Positions 61,120-64,000 of a stretch of DNA of 64,000 nt are shown one piece after another. The stretch comes from Blasia pusilla. Taxonomy: Eukaryota. The notes below the pieces were generated by a model that saw only the letters and a program-made list of their open reading frames with translations, ran no database searches and was not told the origin of the DNA. The stretch covers positions 22,320,001-22,384,000 of the forward strand of contig CM114271.1 in NCBI GenBank assembly GCA_050084515.1, in the 5' to 3' direction. Each line of letters opens with the position of its first letter. Position 1 is the first letter of the stretch. Position numbers and translations under genes: made by a program.

Positions 61120-63900
61120 CTATTGATAGTTTCGGATAGTAGGAAGTGAAAATGGTGTCACTATCAATAGTGGTTGTGGAACTGGAGGAGTTGGCTTTGG
61201 AGGAGAGTTGTATACTCCCACTAGCCTCTCATAATCCACCCTTGCCTCTTTGCAAACGTCAAAAAGTTCTAGCCTTCCCTCAAGGCAGAGAATGTTCCTT
61301 CCACTCTGCCAAGCGCCTGTGATACTCGCCCCTGATAGGCCCACTAAGTCAAAGACCAAGTCACCCGGCCTCGAGCACAGCTCTATGAGTGTTTGCATCA
61401 AGGCATGTGATTTCTCCCTTCCTCCAAATTCCGGGGGGAATTGTAGAGACTATCTAAGTTGTACCCATCGGAGCATGGATCCACTGGATCCGGGATCTGG
61501 AACACCTGGAAGTTGTGCTCGGGCCTTACAAAGCACTAGACAAATGAGTGGTCCATGTGTGAACAAGCACGTGGAAAATAATGTTAGCAAAAAGAAAAGG
61601 GTAGTTGACCAACTCTCCATAAAGTGACACAATGTGCAACCCGTCGGGATCCGACGGGTTGCTCATTTGGCTAGACAGAATAGCAACCTGTCGGAGTCTG
61701 ACGGGTTGCTTTTCAATACGTCCTACTAGTCCCAAGTGATTACCAACCCATCCAAACTTGGCCTATAGGCCTGACAAAAGAGCAACCTGTCGGAGTCTGA
61801 CGGGCTGCTTTACAACTCTAAGAGGATTCTTCGGCTATGAGCAACCCGTCTGAATTTGACAGGTTGCTCATTTTGCTGGACACAACCGCCAACTGTCGGA
61901 GTCCGATGGTTGGCTTACAACTGAATCAAATTGTTCAAAGTTGAGAAGTTCCTAATATGAGAGCAACCCTTTGCTTTCAGACGGGTTGCATCACTCCAGA
62001 AACAAGTGGAAAAGCAATGCTATTTGCAACACGTTGGATTCTGACGGGTTGCAATCACTGGAGACATGTTGGTGAATTTGCAACCCGTTGCTTTCAGACG
62101 GATTGCATCATTGCAGACACAAGTGCAAAAGGAATTCTACTTGCAACCCGTCTGGTTCCTAGGGTGAATTTGAAACATGTTGGGATCCGACATGTTGCAT
62201 GCAGAGATGCAACCCGTCGGAGTCCGACAGGTTTTATTTCTGAACAAACTCAATTCGTTCAAAAAGTGCACTTACCCGGACTTGATTTGTCGCCGATCTG
62301 AGTGGATAATCATTTTTTATGAACCATGATTGCGCCGTCGTCCACTTCAGTGACCTCTTCATGCCATGAAGGTTGAAGAGCTCGTCTTCGCTCCCTCCAG
62401 TAAGGACCAAGAAATAACCCCTGTCACTGAGATACGCGTCAGCAAAAGAAAACAACAGAGCGATATGGTCATAGGAAAGTGGGACATTCCAATATGGGAC
62501 ACTATCAGAGGGATTGTTGTCCCACAAGCAAAACCCAGAAGGCAAATATCCAATGAGGAGATCCACCACCGCCTCCTCAGCAACCCCATGCACCGTCCAG
62601 GGGGCGTGCCCATTTCGATGGAGTTTTTGCCCTAGCACGGTCAATTTCTCGATGGCAGGTATCGACTCCTGAGAACTGAAACTCTACAATTTATCAACAA
62701 GATGAGTCAAGTAAAGAAGGATATTTGTCCTAGTGATCGTTTCCCTGTGCCTGCCCAAGGATGATGGAGTGTATTCCACATCCTTATCTCCTCCCTCGGA
62801 CGAACCAGGCACCTCTCGCTTTCGCTTCTCTCGAGTGTGTTTTCGGCTTGTTGGAGTCTCTATTACCTTAGACTCCACATGAGTTTTCTTTGATGAGGAC
62901 GAGGTCTGGCCCTCTCGCCCCTCTCGCCTCGACAAATTTGCCTCTCGCCTTGAACACTCAGCCTCTTTTCTCGAAGACTCGGCCTCGGAATTCCTCGATC
63001 CCCTCGCCCTGGCTTTCAAACCCGTTGTGGATTTATCTTTGGCAGTGACAACCTTTGCCACCAACTTCGTTGTCTCGAGGGCTTGCTCCTCCGCATCTCC
63101 TTCAAAAAATTTGTCAAGCTTCACAAAGTTTGGAATGTCGTCCCTACATGTGACCACTGCATCATAGATCACGTGTAGATTTTTTACTGTAATGTCCTTT
63201 GGATCGTTGAAGTCCAACCAGATTAGAAAATTTATTACCTCCTAGTCAAACATGCCCTGTCCCATCTCCATGTCATACATGGAAAATCCCTCTCCATGAG
63301 GCAGAGAAGCCCACAATTTGTAGGCTACCAAAAATTTTGCGCCAAGTACCTGCATTCACACAATTGATAAGGTACATGTACACCATCCGCTGGGGAGCTC
63401 TTTGTCGAGATAACTCAGCCACCTGGTCCTGAAAATCCCACTTTGTTTTTGCAAAATCCCATTTTTTGGCGTATATTTCCTCGACCAGATCTGCCTCAGG
63501 GAGGATGTAATTCTTGAACATCATCCGGAATCTTGGATTTTCCGTCGGCTTATCTCTTATGTCATCAAGCCATAGTTCAAAATCTTCTGCAGCCTCTAGG
63601 TTTGCTTCCTCTAGAATTGGCTCAATCTTCTTCAACTTTGCTTGTAGACCCACAATCATGGACTTCCCGAGAAGGCGCAACGCATCCCAGAATGAATGAT
63701 CATTCCCGTAGCCAATGGAAGATCACTGGATCTCAAACTCCCAGAGGGTGGTGTGCCACCCGCTTCTGTGCCTCAGTGCCCTCGAGACTCGTTTTAATCA
63801 GTCGGATTCGCCTAAACTCGGATATGCCTGACAGCGCAAACCTATGCACGCGATCTAGAGACAATTTCTCTCCGATCTGACCCTATGGATCCTCGTCTCT
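61120..63900 (-). pseudogene. Spliced, partly decayed gene ending in a beta-class amino-DNA-methyltransferase-like (N4C/N6A) domain; probably transposon-borne; 5' part runs off the window
   Basis: Exon ~62670-62276 has VDLLIGYLPSG (motif IV position)...FADAYLSDRGYFLV. Exon ~61500-61120 has EKSHALMQTLIELCSRPGDLVFDLVGLSGASITGAWQSGRNILCLE, comparable to KP..L...LI...S..GD.VLDPF.GSGTT..AA...GR..IG.E. A GTAAGT donor lies at 62275. Upstream open frames are at 62684-63217 and 63273-63680. Confidence 0.65.
61636..62235. repeat. Array of about 11 copies of a 27-bp palindrome (consensus GCAACCCGTCGGAnTCCGACGGGTTGC) with variable spacers
   Basis: Copies start at 61636, 61683, 61782, 61841, 61888, 61963, 62026, 62080, 62143, 62172 and 62209. 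Copy 1 has a perfect 12-bp stem. A further copy lies at 60634-60660. Confidence 0.9.
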
Positions 63901-64000
63901 CTTCCTCTGGCGCTTGATTATCGCCTAGAGCTCCTTGTAAAACTCCGGGCCAAGTTCGGGGTTGAGAATTGCAATGTAATGTTGCATCTTGCTTGCAGTG

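Noticed and set aside
61636-62235. True CRISPR array
   Set aside because: The context is eukaryotic and intronic with no cas genes. Repeats are degenerate, and spacers vary widely in length and are partly duplicates of each other.

Overview
Intron-containing eukaryotic nuclear DNA from a land plant; a non-seed plant such as a bryophyte is inferred from divergent gene homologues and transposon types. Four host genes sit in two convergent pairs: SRP68 (+) with a BOD1/Shg1-like COMPASS-domain gene (-), and an OTP51-like PPR-LAGLIDADG gene (+) with RNase H2 subunit C (-). The rest is nested, mostly decayed transposons. These include three Helitrons: a ~15.9 kb RepHel element with both termini, a 2.7 kb non-autonomous relative, and a 3' fragment. 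There are also several LTR retrotransposon pieces, two RLE-type non-LTR 3' remnants, a decayed PIF1 helicase and a MITE. The most notable region is 57-64 kb. A Ty3/Gypsy pol carries a full-length but frameshifted C5-cytosine DNA methyltransferase domain between protease and RT. Next to it is a spliced gene with a beta-class (N4C/N6A) amino-methyltransferase-like domain, whose intron holds an array of about 11 CG-containing 27-bp palindromes. All calls come from reading the sequence and recalled family motifs; no searches were run, and exon edges are approximate where stated.
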